Position numbers and translations under genes: made by a program. This document shows positions 36,602-47,251 of a stretch of DNA of 64,000 nucleotides, in pieces. The stretch is from the UHGV virus genome UHGV-0312576; one strand, 5' to 3'. Under the pieces are notes generated by a model that did no database searches, was not told the origin of the DNA, and saw nothing but the letters and a program-made list of their open reading frames with translations. Position 1 is the stretch's first letter, and every line of letters begins with the position of its first letter. The DNA is from a virus.

Positions 36602-38410
36602 GTGAATTTGCAATACAAATTATATGAAAATGGAAATAATGATACTTCTAATGTGTTAGCAGAAGTTCTTAAAAATAGAGGAATAGATGATTACAACAGA
36701 TATTTAAACTTAGACGAGAGTGTTGTTGAACCATATCGAAACTTAGACAATATTGAAGAAGCAGTTAGTTTATTCATGAAACATTTCAATCAAAAAAATA
36801 AAATTGGAATATTAGTTGATGAAGATCCAGATGGGTTTTGCTCCGCTGCAATGATGTATTCGTACATAAAACAAATGGATAGTGATTATCCAGTTGATTA
36901 CATTTTACATGGAAGAGCAAAAGCACATGGGCTATCAGATGATGTAAAGATTTTAAGTGATATTGATTTGTTAATTATTCCTGATGCTGGAACAAATGAT
37001 AAAAATGAAATTAAACATATTAATGAAGATGGAATAGACATTTTGATATTAGACCATCATGAATTAGAAGGAAAAAATAAGCAAGAGGATTTAATATTTG
37101 ATGACGCTTTAAATGGAACGATATACGAAACGGTAATTGTCAATAATCAAATGAGTAACAATTATTCCAATAAAAATCTGTGTGGCGCTGGTGTGGTATA
37201 TCGTTTTTTACAGGCATTGGATGAAGAAAATTGGAATGAGTTTGCAGATGATTATTTGGATTTATGTGCATTGGCGAACATTAGTGACGTAATGGATATG
37301 CGTTCTTTTGAGACACGGTATTTTACAGATATGGGATTATTAAATATACAAAATAAATGTTTTAAAGCTCTTGTGGATGCACAGGATTATAGTATGGGTG
37401 GCAAGATAAATATTCATAATGTTCAATGGTATATTACTCCCATTTTAAACGGAATGATCAGGATTGGCTCGTCAGAAGAAAAGGAATTATTATTTAGGGC
37501 ATTTATTGAACAGGATGAATTCTTTGAATATAAGAAACGTAAGCCTGCTGAAACAATTCAAGAAAGCATATATGACAGAGCAGCTAGGTTATGTAAAAAT
37601 GCAAAAAGTAGGCAAGACAAACAAAAAGAAAAATGTGTATCTCAAATTGCAGAGATTGCACAACATATTCCACAGGAAAATAAAGTGGTTATGATTGATA
37701 CTTCTGATATTCTTGATAATGGTTTGACTGGCGTTGTTGCTATTAAGATTGCTGAAATGTTCAATAAGCCATGTATTCTACTAAATAAATTTTTAGATAA
37801 GAAAACAGGGAAGATTACATATGGTGGCAGTGCAAGAAATATTGATAACAGTCCTATTGATAGTTTCAAGGATATAGTAAACAGCACAAATATATTAGAT
37901 GGTAGAGGTCATGCCAACGCCTTCGGTATTGTTGGTTTAGAGATAGATAAAAAAGATGACGCATTAAACAGGCTCAATGATATTTTACAGGATGTTGAGT
38001 ATGATTCTACATACAGAGTTGATTTCATTGTGGACATTGATGATGTGACCGTTAAGATTGTTACTGATTTAGCAAGGCTTGAAGATATTATCGGACAAGG
38101 CATCGAGGAACCGATGCTTGCAATTGAAAATATCAGTCTTACAAAAGAACAATTTGAGATATTTGGAAAGAATGAAGATACTATTAGTTTTATGATTGAT
38201 GAGATTAAATATATCCAATTCAAATGTAAAGAAGGAAACCAACTGTATGACTGGCTACAAAATGCCTGGGACGAAAATGATAGCGTGGTCTTTAATATTG
38301 TAGGAAAACCATCAATTAACGAATATAACGGAGTTAGAACACCACAAATAATTATAGAAGATGTTGTTGTGGTAAGTACAAATAATTCAGATAATGAGGA
38401 AGAATGGTAG
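36602..38410 (+). CDS. RecJ-like DHH/DHHA1 family exonuclease
   Basis: DHH motifs VDEDPDGFCSAAMM, IIPDAGTND, ILDHHE and DHHA1 GRGHANAFG; GTG start. Confidence 0.7.
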   Translation: MNLQYKLYENGNNDTSNVLAEVLKNRGIDDYNRYLNLDESVVEPYRNLDNIEEAVSLFMKHFNQKNKIGILVDEDPDGFCSAAMMYSYIKQMDSDYPVDYILHGRAKAHGLSDDVKILSDIDLLIIPDAGTNDKNEIKHINEDGIDILILDHHELEGKNKQEDLIFDDALNGTIYETVIVNNQMSNNYSNKNLCGAGVVYRFLQALDEENWNEFADDYLDLCALANISDVMDMRSFETRYFTDMGLLNIQNKCFKALVDAQDYSMGGKINIHNVQWYITPILNGMIRIGSSEEKELLFRAFIEQDEFFEYKKRKPAETIQESIYDRAARLCKNAKSRQDKQKEKCVSQIAEIAQHIPQENKVVMIDTSDILDNGLTGVVAIKIAEMFNKPCILLNKFLDKKTGKITYGGSARNIDNSPIDSFKDIVNSTNILDGRGHANAFGIVGLEIDKKDDALNRLNDILQDVEYDSTYRVDFIVDIDDVTVKIVTDLARLEDIIGQGIEEPMLAIENISLTKEQFEIFGKNEDTISFMIDEIKYIQFKCKEGNQLYDWLQNAWDENDSVVFNIVGKPSINEYNGVRTPQIIIEDVVVVSTNNSDNEEEW

Positions 38411-38418
38411 GTGATTGA

Positions 38419-41400
38419 TTGTTTACACTTTTACATATACATACAACTAAAGGTTCTCTGCTGGATTCCATATTGACTGTTGAAGAAGCTGTTAAATTTG
38501 CAAGTGAAAACGGTATGAAAGCTATGGCTTTAACTGATCATGGAAGTATGGCTTCATTTGTGGATTTTGTTAAAGAATGTAATAAATATAATATCAAGTC
38601 CATAATCGGCAATGAGATTTATGAAGTAGATGATATGTGGGAAAAGGCAGACACAAAAGAGTACACTCAACCACGCTACCATCTGATTTTATTAGCAAGA
38701 ACACAAGAGGGATATAAAAATCTCATTAAGATTACATCCGTATCAAGAACAGAAGGATTATATAAGAAACCAAGAATTGATATTAAATACATTAAAGAAA
38801 ATGGGCTTGGCAGGGGAATTATTTGTTTAACTGCTTGTCAAGCAGGTAGGTTAAGCAGATACCTTACTAATGGGAAGTATGACGAAGCAGAACAATTTGT
38901 TAGTCGTTTACAAAATACTTTTGATTATGTGGTATGTGAGCTTCAGTCTCATAATACAGAAGACCAGGCAAATGCTAACAAATTGATTTATGAATTTTCT
39001 CAGAAGCATAATTTACCATATACCATTACGACAGACGCGCATATGTTAAGTGATTCTTTAAAAGATTCACATGCAATGTTTGTTGAAATTGGAGAAGGTA
39101 GAGAAGTAGGAGAGAGTTATACAGACTGCTATTTGCAAACGGAAGATGAGATTTATGAAAAATTATCTGATCAGTTCTCGGAAGAAGTAATTAAAAAAGG
39201 TATTGAAGAATCTATAAATATTGCTGACATTGTAGAGAATGTTGATATTGGCTTAAACAAAGGAAATATCATGCCAAAGATTAACATTGAAAATGGCTAC
39301 GATAGTCACGAAGATTATCTAAGATATTTAGTGTTTAAGACCTTTGATGAAAAGTTTGGTCATATGTCAAAAGAAGACCAAGAGATAAGAAGACAAAGAC
39401 TTGAAACAGAATTGCCAGTATTATATGTAGTTGATTATACAGACTACTTCATTATGCTATATATGCTTGCAAAAGAAGCACGAAAAAGACATATTCCATT
39501 AGGTTATTCCAGAGGTTCAGGTGCAAACTGCTTGTGTTTATTTATGCTAAATGTAACACAGATTGATAGCGTAAGATGGGATTTAGACTTTTCTCGTTTT
39601 GCTAATCTTGGAAGAAAGTCTATGGCAGACTTTGATTGGGATATTTCAAAACGTAGAAGAAAAGAAATGGTTGAGATTTCCGAAGAGTTGTTTGGAAAAG
39701 AGAATGTCGCACCAATTGCAACATTCAATACATTAAGTACAAAGGTTGCTATCCGTGATATTGGTAAAGTTCTGGATGAGAAAGAAGATTCTCCTTACTA
39801 TAAGCAGATCCCTTATAAGCTGCGTGATGAAGTTGCAAAAATGATTCCTACAATTAAAACTCTGAATGATTTAGGAGAAGAGGAAGAAAAAGATGTGCTT
39901 CTAAAAGATATTCTTAATAAGAATGAAAAACTGAAAGAAGTACATGATAAGTTCCCATTATGGTTCAAATACGTTATGGATGTTGAGGGATTGCCCAAAT
40001 CAATGGGTAGACATGCAGCCGGTACTCTTATTACACCCACACCAGTTACAGATTATTGTCCATTATGTTATGACTCAGAGAAGAATATTATGATTGAGTT
40101 AGAAATGCATAATGCAATGGATGATTTGGGTCTTGTCAAAATGGATTACCTTGGCTTGGAAACACTTGATATTATTGACGATACTCTCAAAATGGCAGGT
40201 ATCACTTGGGAAGATGTAGATATTAACCACTTAGACCTTAATGATAAAGCAGTATTTGACACTGTATATAAGAATGGTAATACAGTAGGTATTTTCCAGA
40301 TGGAGTCAGCAGAAGCAAGACGAATGTGTATTGAAGCCAAAGCGGATAACGTAGAGGATATCATTGTTGTGAATGCTGCGAATCGACCAGGTACTAAAGA
40401 GAGTTTTCCTACATATTGTCAGAATAAGTTACATCCTGAAAGTGTAGAGGTTTTACACGATGATTTAAGAGAATTATTTGGTAAGACGCACTTTATCTTG
40501 TTATATCAGGAACAAGCATTACAACTTTTTAGACATGCTGGTTTCCCAGAAGACCAAGTAGATAATGCGAGACGTGCTATGGGTAAGAAAATCAAAGCAG
40601 TTATGGAAGGTTTAGAGACTGACTTTAGAAAAGGACTTACTGAAAAGGGTTGGAACAATGAACAGTTAATTGAGATTTGGCAGTTAATGTTAAAGCAATC
40701 TGAGTACTGTTTCAATCGAGGTCATGCAGTTGCCTACGGTCTGTTATCTTACTTAACAGCATACCTAAAAACGCACTACACAATCTATTTTATGGCTTCA
40801 TTACTTACTTCAAAGAGTGATAAGGTTCAGAAAATCAGCATTGTAATCAATGATTGCAAGCGATTAGGTATTAAGGTATCGCAACCAAACGTTAATAAAT
40901 CTGATATGAAATTCACAGCATTACCAGAAAAGAATGAAATTCTGTTTGGTTTGTTGGCAGTAAAAGGTCTTGGAGAGTCAATCGTTTATAAGATTATTGA
41001 AAACAGACCATATCAGAGTATGAATGACTTTGTTGAAAGAGTGGCAGATAAGACTGCAATCATTACTTTGATTAAAGCAGGTGCTATTCCTACTAAGGAT
41101 AAAATGCTTTTGTTGAAGAAGTATGCAAATAGTTTGTTTGAGAAGAAAGATTATAAGCCTGTAACAACAGTTCCATCACCATATTCTAAACTCATTCCTT
41201 TTGGATTAGATGTAGAAGATTATAGAGATGGCAAAAAGGTTGATAAAGACAGATTGTTGGCAGATTACAACAAAGCAAAAGAGAAGATATATATTGAAGA
41301 ACAAAGTCAGAAGTATAAGAAACATATGATGGAGTTCAAAGAGAAATATGCAAAAGATGAATATATGTGGGAATTTGATACGTTGTCAATGTTCTTAACT

Positions 41401-41736
41401 AATGACCCATTAAAAGATGCGTATAAGTTTACAAAGACCGATTGGGATATGGTTGAAGATGGTGATAAGACCACATTGTTCTGTGTAATTGTTGATATTA
41501 AGAGAAAGAAAGATAAGAACAGCAATCAGTTTGCATATTTAGATTTGTATACACCATTTGGAATTATTGAATCAACAATATGGTCAAGCCAGTTAAAACA
41601 GTTTAGTGATGATGTAAAGAAGGGTAATTGTCTTGCTATTCTTGGTAGAAAGCGAGAAGAACATTTCTTTGTAGAGAAGATTAAACCATATAACACTTGG
41701 CTTGAACAGATGAGAAAGAAAGGAGTGGCAGTATAA
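38419..41736 (+). CDS. DNA polymerase III alpha-type (DnaE/PolC family) replicative polymerase
   Basis: N-terminal PHP domain FTLLHIHTTKGSLLDS...AMALTDHGSMASFVDF; 1105 aa; TTG start. Confidence 0.8.
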   Translation: MFTLLHIHTTKGSLLDSILTVEEAVKFASENGMKAMALTDHGSMASFVDFVKECNKYNIKSIIGNEIYEVDDMWEKADTKEYTQPRYHLILLARTQEGYKNLIKITSVSRTEGLYKKPRIDIKYIKENGLGRGIICLTACQAGRLSRYLTNGKYDEAEQFVSRLQNTFDYVVCELQSHNTEDQANANKLIYEFSQKHNLPYTITTDAHMLSDSLKDSHAMFVEIGEGREVGESYTDCYLQTEDEIYEKLSDQFSEEVIKKGIEESINIADIVENVDIGLNKGNIMPKINIENGYDSHEDYLRYLVFKTFDEKFGHMSKEDQEIRRQRLETELPVLYVVDYTDYFIMLYMLAKEARKRHIPLGYSRGSGANCLCLFMLNVTQIDSVRWDLDFSRFANLGRKSMADFDWDISKRRRKEMVEISEELFGKENVAPIATFNTLSTKVAIRDIGKVLDEKEDSPYYKQIPYKLRDEVAKMIPTIKTLNDLGEEEEKDVLLKDILNKNEKLKEVHDKFPLWFKYVMDVEGLPKSMGRHAAGTLITPTPVTDYCPLCYDSEKNIMIELEMHNAMDDLGLVKMDYLGLETLDIIDDTLKMAGITWEDVDINHLDLNDKAVFDTVYKNGNTVGIFQMESAEARRMCIEAKADNVEDIIVVNAANRPGTKESFPTYCQNKLHPESVEVLHDDLRELFGKTHFILLYQEQALQLFRHAGFPEDQVDNARRAMGKKIKAVMEGLETDFRKGLTEKGWNNEQLIEIWQLMLKQSEYCFNRGHAVAYGLLSYLTAYLKTHYTIYFMASLLTSKSDKVQKISIVINDCKRLGIKVSQPNVNKSDMKFTALPEKNEILFGLLAVKGLGESIVYKIIENRPYQSMNDFVERVADKTAIITLIKAGAIPTKDKMLLLKKYANSLFEKKDYKPVTTVPSPYSKLIPFGLDVEDYRDGKKVDKDRLLADYNKAKEKIYIEEQSQKYKKHMMEFKEKYAKDEYMWEFDTLSMFLTNDPLKDAYKFTKTDWDMVEDGDKTTLFCVIVDIKRKKDKNSNQFAYLDLYTPFGIIESTIWSSQLKQFSDDVKKGNCLAILGRKREEHFFVEKIKPYNTWLEQMRKKGVAV

Positions 41737-41738
41737 GT

Positions 41739-44009
41739 TTGTTTGATAATGAAGAAGAAATTTTAAAGTTCAAAGCAACCATAACTTACTGTAGATACTA
41801 CAATGAAGACTCAACGTGGGGAGTTTACGGATTTGCCACTGAAGATGAAATACCGCATTTTACAACAGAAACAAAGATAGACTTGCCTTTTGAAGATAAA
41901 AAGGCAGGCAATCCTAACAGAAAATTAAGTTCATTAGCAGGAAAGATGCAAGAGTTGGTTGTCGGTGGAGAATATATGATTAAGGCAACATATAAATGTG
42001 ACAAGACTTATGGACACCAATACAATCCAATCTCTGTGTATGCATTGATTCCACAAACAAGAGAGTCACAGTTGATGTTCTTACAGTCAATTATCTCGCC
42101 TTGGTTGGCAGAAAACTTAATTAATGCATACCCAAATGTAGTAAATGATGTGGCAAATGGGACTTTAAAAGAGATTGATTATGACTTAGTTAAGGGCGTA
42201 AGAGAATTTACATGGAATAAGATAAAAGAAAAAATCATTAATAACTATCTTATTTCAGACATTATTACAATGCTTAAACCGTTAGGTGTCACATATACAA
42301 TGATAAAAAAGTTACTGTTCGATGAACCAAATCCTGTACTGTTAAAGCAACAGCTAGAGGATAACCCATATCTACTTACAAAAATTAATGGGTTAGGTTT
42401 TAAAAAAGTAGACAATCTTGCATTAAAGCTAAAGCCGGAGTTTATTAATTCTACTGAAAGACTTGTGGCATTTATAAAGTATTATTTTACAGATTTGGGA
42501 GATAGCAAAGGTCATACATGGTGTTCTGTAAAAATATTGAAATCAGCAATTAGTAATAATGTTCCTGAATGTGTTGATAAAGTAGATTGGTTATTAGAGA
42601 ACAATGAGTTTTTACATATTGAAGACGATAAAGTAGGCTTGAAATATTACTATGACATTGAAATGCAGATATATAATTTGCTGCTTGAAAAGTCTAAGAA
42701 ACAGACAGATATCAATATTTCAGATGAAAAAATTGAGCAAGCAATCAAACATGCAGAAGAAGAACAAGGATTTGAGTATGTCATTGAGCAATTAGATACG
42801 ATAAAAAAGAGTTTACATAGAACAATTAGTTTGATAACTGGGAAAGCTGGAACAGGCAAGACATCAATTATGAGGGCAATTGTTAAGGCTTATACGGAGA
42901 ATCAATTTACATTAACTGCGTCAGCTCTGTCGGCAATGGCTGCGCAAAGAATAACGGAAGCGACATCATTTCCTGCAATGACAATTCATAGAACATTAGG
43001 ATGTATGGGGTTGAATGAGTTTAGCTTTAATAAAGACAACCATATGATTACAAGCGTAGCTTTTCTTGATGAAGGAAGTATGGTAAATGCAAGTTTATTT
43101 TTACATTGGTTAGAAGCTATTGATGACAACACAAGAATTATTATATCTGGTGATCATAAACAGTTGCCGCCTATCGGATTTGGCAATGTATTTTCAGATT
43201 TGATTGAAATGTTTGATGATTCAGTGGTTAGCAAGTTAGTAAAACCTATGAGACAAGCTGAGAAATCGGGAATATTGGTAGATGCAAACTTGATTAGAGA
43301 GAACATAAATCCTATTACGGAAAAGTTGCAACCAAGAATTATTCATGGCGAACTACAAGATATGTATTATATGTTCCGTAATAATAGACAGTCATTATTT
43401 GATATTGCAGTAAAAACATTCTTAAAGTCTGTTGATTCAGATGGTATCGACAATGTAGTTATTGCAGTTCCAAGAAGAAAAGATTGTCTGAATAGTACAA
43501 ACGAGTTAAATAAGGTTATTCAAGAAAAGCTGTTGGGCGATGTATTGCAGAGTATTTCAGGTTTTGAGAATGAATTCAAACTTGGTGCTAAAGTAATGCA
43601 GACTGTAAATGATTATGATAAAAACGTGTTCAATGGAGAAATAGGATATATAACAGAAATTAGTGAGCGTTATGAGGGTAAAAAGAAAGAAGAATATTGT
43701 GTAGTAACTTATACAGATATTTTTGGTAAAGATAAATTGATTGAGTATACGAAGAAGGAACTTGCTGCTCTGGATCTTGCTTATGCAATGACAGTACACA
43801 AGTTACAGGGAGCCGGTAGAAAGATTGTTATTGGCATTATTGATAACACACACCATCAACTTTTAGACAACTGTATGTTATACACATTACTGACAAGAGC
43901 AAAGAAGAGATGTTTATTGTTGGCAGAACCACAAGCATTTTTACAGTGTATTCGTACAAGTCACAATAAACGGAACACATGGATGATGTTAGAAGAAAAA
44001 GAAGCATAA
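41739..44009 (+). CDS. RecD-like superfamily-1 DNA helicase
   Basis: Walker A LITGKAGTGKTSIM, Walker B FLDEGSMV, motif VI AMTVHKLQGAGRKIVIGII; TTG start. Confidence 0.7.
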   Translation: MFDNEEEILKFKATITYCRYYNEDSTWGVYGFATEDEIPHFTTETKIDLPFEDKKAGNPNRKLSSLAGKMQELVVGGEYMIKATYKCDKTYGHQYNPISVYALIPQTRESQLMFLQSIISPWLAENLINAYPNVVNDVANGTLKEIDYDLVKGVREFTWNKIKEKIINNYLISDIITMLKPLGVTYTMIKKLLFDEPNPVLLKQQLEDNPYLLTKINGLGFKKVDNLALKLKPEFINSTERLVAFIKYYFTDLGDSKGHTWCSVKILKSAISNNVPECVDKVDWLLENNEFLHIEDDKVGLKYYYDIEMQIYNLLLEKSKKQTDINISDEKIEQAIKHAEEEQGFEYVIEQLDTIKKSLHRTISLITGKAGTGKTSIMRAIVKAYTENQFTLTASALSAMAAQRITEATSFPAMTIHRTLGCMGLNEFSFNKDNHMITSVAFLDEGSMVNASLFLHWLEAIDDNTRIIISGDHKQLPPIGFGNVFSDLIEMFDDSVVSKLVKPMRQAEKSGILVDANLIRENINPITEKLQPRIIHGELQDMYYMFRNNRQSLFDIAVKTFLKSVDSDGIDNVVIAVPRRKDCLNSTNELNKVIQEKLLGDVLQSISGFENEFKLGAKVMQTVNDYDKNVFNGEIGYITEISERYEGKKKEEYCVVTYTDIFGKDKLIEYTKKELAALDLAYAMTVHKLQGAGRKIVIGIIDNTHHQLLDNCMLYTLLTRAKKRCLLLAEPQAFLQCIRTSHNKRNTWMMLEEKEA

Positions 44010-44034
44010 AAATTGTCTATATATAGCGGCTTGT

Positions 44035-44080
44035 AAAATAAAAAACTACTATATATAGACTGAATGAGGCAATGAAATAG
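44035..44080. promoter_or_regulatory. inverted repeat GTCTATATATAG / CTATATATAGAC before the methyltransferase gene
   Basis: 12-bp arms (44035-44046 and 44069-44080); same CTATATATAG core as at 29903-29950 and 1752-1835. Confidence 0.45.
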
Positions 44081-44184
44081 GACTTTCTTCGGAGTACTGT
44101 CATAAAAATTATAGGAGGTATTAAGATATAGATACGATATTAAATACAAGTAGTGGAGCAATAATAAAAGGTGACAATTTAGAA

Positions 44185-45288
44185 GTGTTAGATACGATTG
44201 AAAAAAGTTCAGTCGATAGTTGTATTTCTGATTTCCCATACGATTTGTCATTTATGGGGAAGAAGTGGGATAACACAGGTGATTTTTATGAATGGAATAA
44301 AAAAAGAGCAGAAAAATTAATAGAAGCGCTTAAACCTGGTGGTTATGCGGCGATCTTTGGACATCCTAAAACAAATCATAGGATGAAGTGTGCTTTCGAG
44401 GACTCTGGATTTAGAATAGTTGAAGAAATTGATTGGATTTATCTAACAGGTATGCCAAAGAGTCAAGATATTGGAAAACTGTTTACTAAATCTGAAAAAA
44501 ACGATTTAGCAAAAAAGTGGAGTGGTTGGAGAACATCAGGCTTAAAACCAGCGCATGAACCAATAACAATTTTTCAGAAACCGTTAGATGGTGCATATGT
44601 TCAGAACATCGAAAAATATAATTGTGGTGCTATGTATATAGATGGTTGTAGAGTTCCCATATCAAAATCAGACATAGATATGCTCAATGCAAAAGCATCT
44701 AAAAATCCAACACATAATTATTCTGATAAAGACGATAAGATTTACGGTTCGTATGCCGAAGACAAAGCAATGCCTCCAAATGAATTAGGCCGTTTTCCTG
44801 GCAACATCATTTTAGACGAATTTACTGCAATAATATTGGATGAACAGACTGGTATTACAAAATCTAGTGGTGGCTTTAGAGTAAAGAGTAGAGGGGGAGC
44901 TGGAAAGAATATTTATGGAAAATATGCAAATGAAGATTTATTCGCCAATGCTGGTGGTTTGGGAGACGTAGGTGGAGGCAGTAAAAATTTCATAGTCATA
45001 AAATATCAAACAAAGGTTTCACCTTCAGAACGGAAGCTGCCTAATGGAGAACGTAATCCTCATGTAACATTAAAACCTGTAGAATTGATTAAGTGGTTGA
45101 TTAAGTTACTGACACCACCAAACGGTACAACTATTGACATCACTGCTGGAAGCTGTACACATGCAGTAGCATGTGAAGAACTAAATAAAAATGAGGGATA
45201 TGGTTTGAAATACATAGACGTAGAGTTATTGGATACTGAAAAAGAACCCTATTGTACTGTGGGAGAAATGAGAGTAAGGGCGGTCTGA
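44185..45288 (+). CDS. DNA methyltransferase, beta-class N6-adenine/N4-cytosine (D12/ParB-MTase type)
   Basis: Motif IV SDFPY and SAM motif NPHVTLKPVELIKWLIKL. The conserved N-terminus AIIKGDNLEVL lies upstream of the first canonical start (frame open back to 44125). Confidence 0.8.
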   Translation: MLDTIEKSSVDSCISDFPYDLSFMGKKWDNTGDFYEWNKKRAEKLIEALKPGGYAAIFGHPKTNHRMKCAFEDSGFRIVEEIDWIYLTGMPKSQDIGKLFTKSEKNDLAKKWSGWRTSGLKPAHEPITIFQKPLDGAYVQNIEKYNCGAMYIDGCRVPISKSDIDMLNAKASKNPTHNYSDKDDKIYGSYAEDKAMPPNELGRFPGNIILDEFTAIILDEQTGITKSSGGFRVKSRGGAGKNIYGKYANEDLFANAGGLGDVGGGSKNFIVIKYQTKVSPSERKLPNGERNPHVTLKPVELIKWLIKLLTPPNGTTIDITAGSCTHAVACEELNKNEGYGLKYIDVELLDTEKEPYCTVGEMRVRAV

Positions 45289-45347
45289 TACGTAATGAAA
45301 CGTATGTTTCTTCCGAGATTGTGAGGTGATGAATTATAGAAAATTTT

Positions 45348-45716
45348 ATGTATAGTATTTTAAAAAATATAAAGGATTTGAACACTATAGCAATTTTTTA
45401 TCCAAAAGAATTCCGTAATCATCCTATACTTCAAGAAAATATGAAGAATCTCAACTCTAATCTAAATACATGGATAAATGCTAAAGAAACGTATGAAAGA
45501 GAAAAAAGATTTATGGATTCATTACATTTCGATTCTGAGATAAATAAACAAAGAGAAATAATTAAGAACACGGAGATAGACTTGAAAAAAGCTGATGAGA
45601 AACTCAACAAAGAAATATCTCCGTATAAATGGAGAGTCATAGAGAGATTCGTAACGTGTATTGAGGGGCAAGATATAAGAGCAGATTATGCATTGTTTTT
45701 AGAGGATAAGCGATGA
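45348..45716 (+). CDS. hypothetical protein
   Basis: 122-aa ORF. Confidence 0.45.
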   Translation: MYSILKNIKDLNTIAIFYPKEFRNHPILQENMKNLNSNLNTWINAKETYEREKRFMDSLHFDSEINKQREIIKNTEIDLKKADEKLNKEISPYKWRVIERFVTCIEGQDIRADYALFLEDKR

Positions 45717-45931
45717 AGATTAAATTCAAAAATGGCTCCTCAATAGAAAGTATTGGTGACGAATCAGATGTAAAGCGTTCTCAAAGAGTAGAGGAACAAA
45801 TTGCCAGAATGTTAAAGCGAATCCAATATTGGCAGTATAATCCAGATAAATATATAGAATTTATTACTGGTGTAAAGTTGTCCTGGTATCAAAAAGCGTG
45901 GGTGAAATTATGGAGGAAAAATAAGAAATGA
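45713..45931 (+). CDS. hypothetical protein
   Basis: 72-aa ORF overlapping its neighbours (ATGA junctions). Confidence 0.4.
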   Translation: MKIKFKNGSSIESIGDESDVKRSQRVEEQIARMLKRIQYWQYNPDKYIEFITGVKLSWYQKAWVKLWRKNKK

Positions 45932-46269
45932 ATTTACTAATTAAAGACAGAGCAAGCGGAAAGACAACAGGATTAATCTACACGAGTGAAGCAACACAAT
46001 ATCCTATTGTTACATTCAACAGAATGTCGATTAACTACATAAAAGAAAAGGCAAAAGATATGGGGTGTTTAATCCCGGAGCCGTTATGCATTGCCGATCT
46101 TAAAAGTAATTCGGCAATGGGGAGAATACTTCCTGATAATGTATTATTAGACGAAGCGGGTGGGATTATTGGGGATGCATTAAAAGCATATCTTAGAACA
46201 AATATTGTTGCCGCAACTATGACAGATTCATTAAGAGAACATTATGACAGGATGAAGAAAGCGGAGTAA
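45928..46269 (+). CDS. small P-loop NTPase
   Basis: Walker A LIKDRASGKTTGL and Walker B-like VLLDEAGG. Confidence 0.45.
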   Translation: MNLLIKDRASGKTTGLIYTSEATQYPIVTFNRMSINYIKEKAKDMGCLIPEPLCIADLKSNSAMGRILPDNVLLDEAGGIIGDALKAYLRTNIVAATMTDSLREHYDRMKKAE

Positions 46270-46295
46270 AGGGCAGTTTCAAGAGAGGATTAATA

Positions 46296-46490
46296 ATGGA
46301 AGAAACAGATAAATTGATATTAAAGTTTAGCTATACAGATATGTATAATAATGAAACCAACTTATATAAAACTATTAGCTCTTGTGCAGTAGATGATAGT
46401 TCAGAATATGACATTTTGGTTAGTGAATTTAGAAATTTTCTAGTGTCGTGCGGTTTTACTGAAGAGGTTGTTAAAAGTAGAATAATGTAA
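46296..46490 (+). CDS. hypothetical protein
   Basis: 64-aa ORF. Confidence 0.4.
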   Translation: MEETDKLILKFSYTDMYNNETNLYKTISSCAVDDSSEYDILVSEFRNFLVSCGFTEEVVKSRIM

Positions 46491-46858
46491 TTAAAGGAGT
46501 AAACCTTTCTTTCATCCCAGAAAAAACATATTGAGGTATAAATGGCAAAGATATTTTATAAGAAAAAGTTGTATGGTTTTGAAAAAGATTGCGAAGATGA
46601 GTTCGGCAAATATCGCTGGTATTTTAGAATTTATAGATGTTTTTCCATTGAGGGTATTAGTTACTCAGCCGAGACATCGGATATGTTCACCAACCAGAAA
46701 AACTAAAAGATTGTATGAATACGGTATTAGAGCATCTTGAAAAAGATAACCCACGATATTACAGACTAAAAGAAAATGTTATAAGCAAGGGGCTACATAA
46801 TAAGTTGTGGTAATCACAATGAAAGAGTAGCTTTATCTGCTCAGGGAGGAATAATGCA

Positions 46859-47170
46859 GTGAAAAAATTCAAATGTACAGTAACCAGAGAGACAACCATG
46901 GAAATTGAAATAGATGACTCTGTTTGGACTCCTGATGCTATACGGGCATGGAGTAAATCATTCTATGATGCAGATGATTTAAAGGGTGTGGTGGAACATG
47001 TGGCTAGGCTGAAATCAAAGTATGAAGATGGAGAGTTCATTGAAGGATTCGGCATTCCGATGATAGATGGAAAGAAACCATATCCATACATAGAAGATAA
47101 TCAGATGGCAAAAGATATAAATATCTGTAATCAATCTGTTTACTCAGATATTGATGTAGAGGAACTATGA
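46859..47170 (+). CDS. hypothetical protein
   Basis: 103-aa ORF, GTG start. Confidence 0.4.
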   Translation: MKKFKCTVTRETTMEIEIDDSVWTPDAIRAWSKSFYDADDLKGVVEHVARLKSKYEDGEFIEGFGIPMIDGKKPYPYIEDNQMAKDINICNQSVYSDIDVEEL

Positions 47171-47251
47171 GAAATATAGTATATGACTTTTTTATGGGGC
47201 TGATTTGTGTTTTGCTTGTATTAACTATGATAGGCATTTTAGTTCTGCCTG

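Noticed and set aside
45713-46269. Degraded terminase large subunit (N-terminal-like YNPDKYIEFITGVKLSWYQKAW, then Walker A DRASGKTT and LLDEAG)
   Set aside because: Combined length is under 190 aa, no nuclease domain follows, and no portal or capsid genes are nearby; the resemblance is too weak to call.
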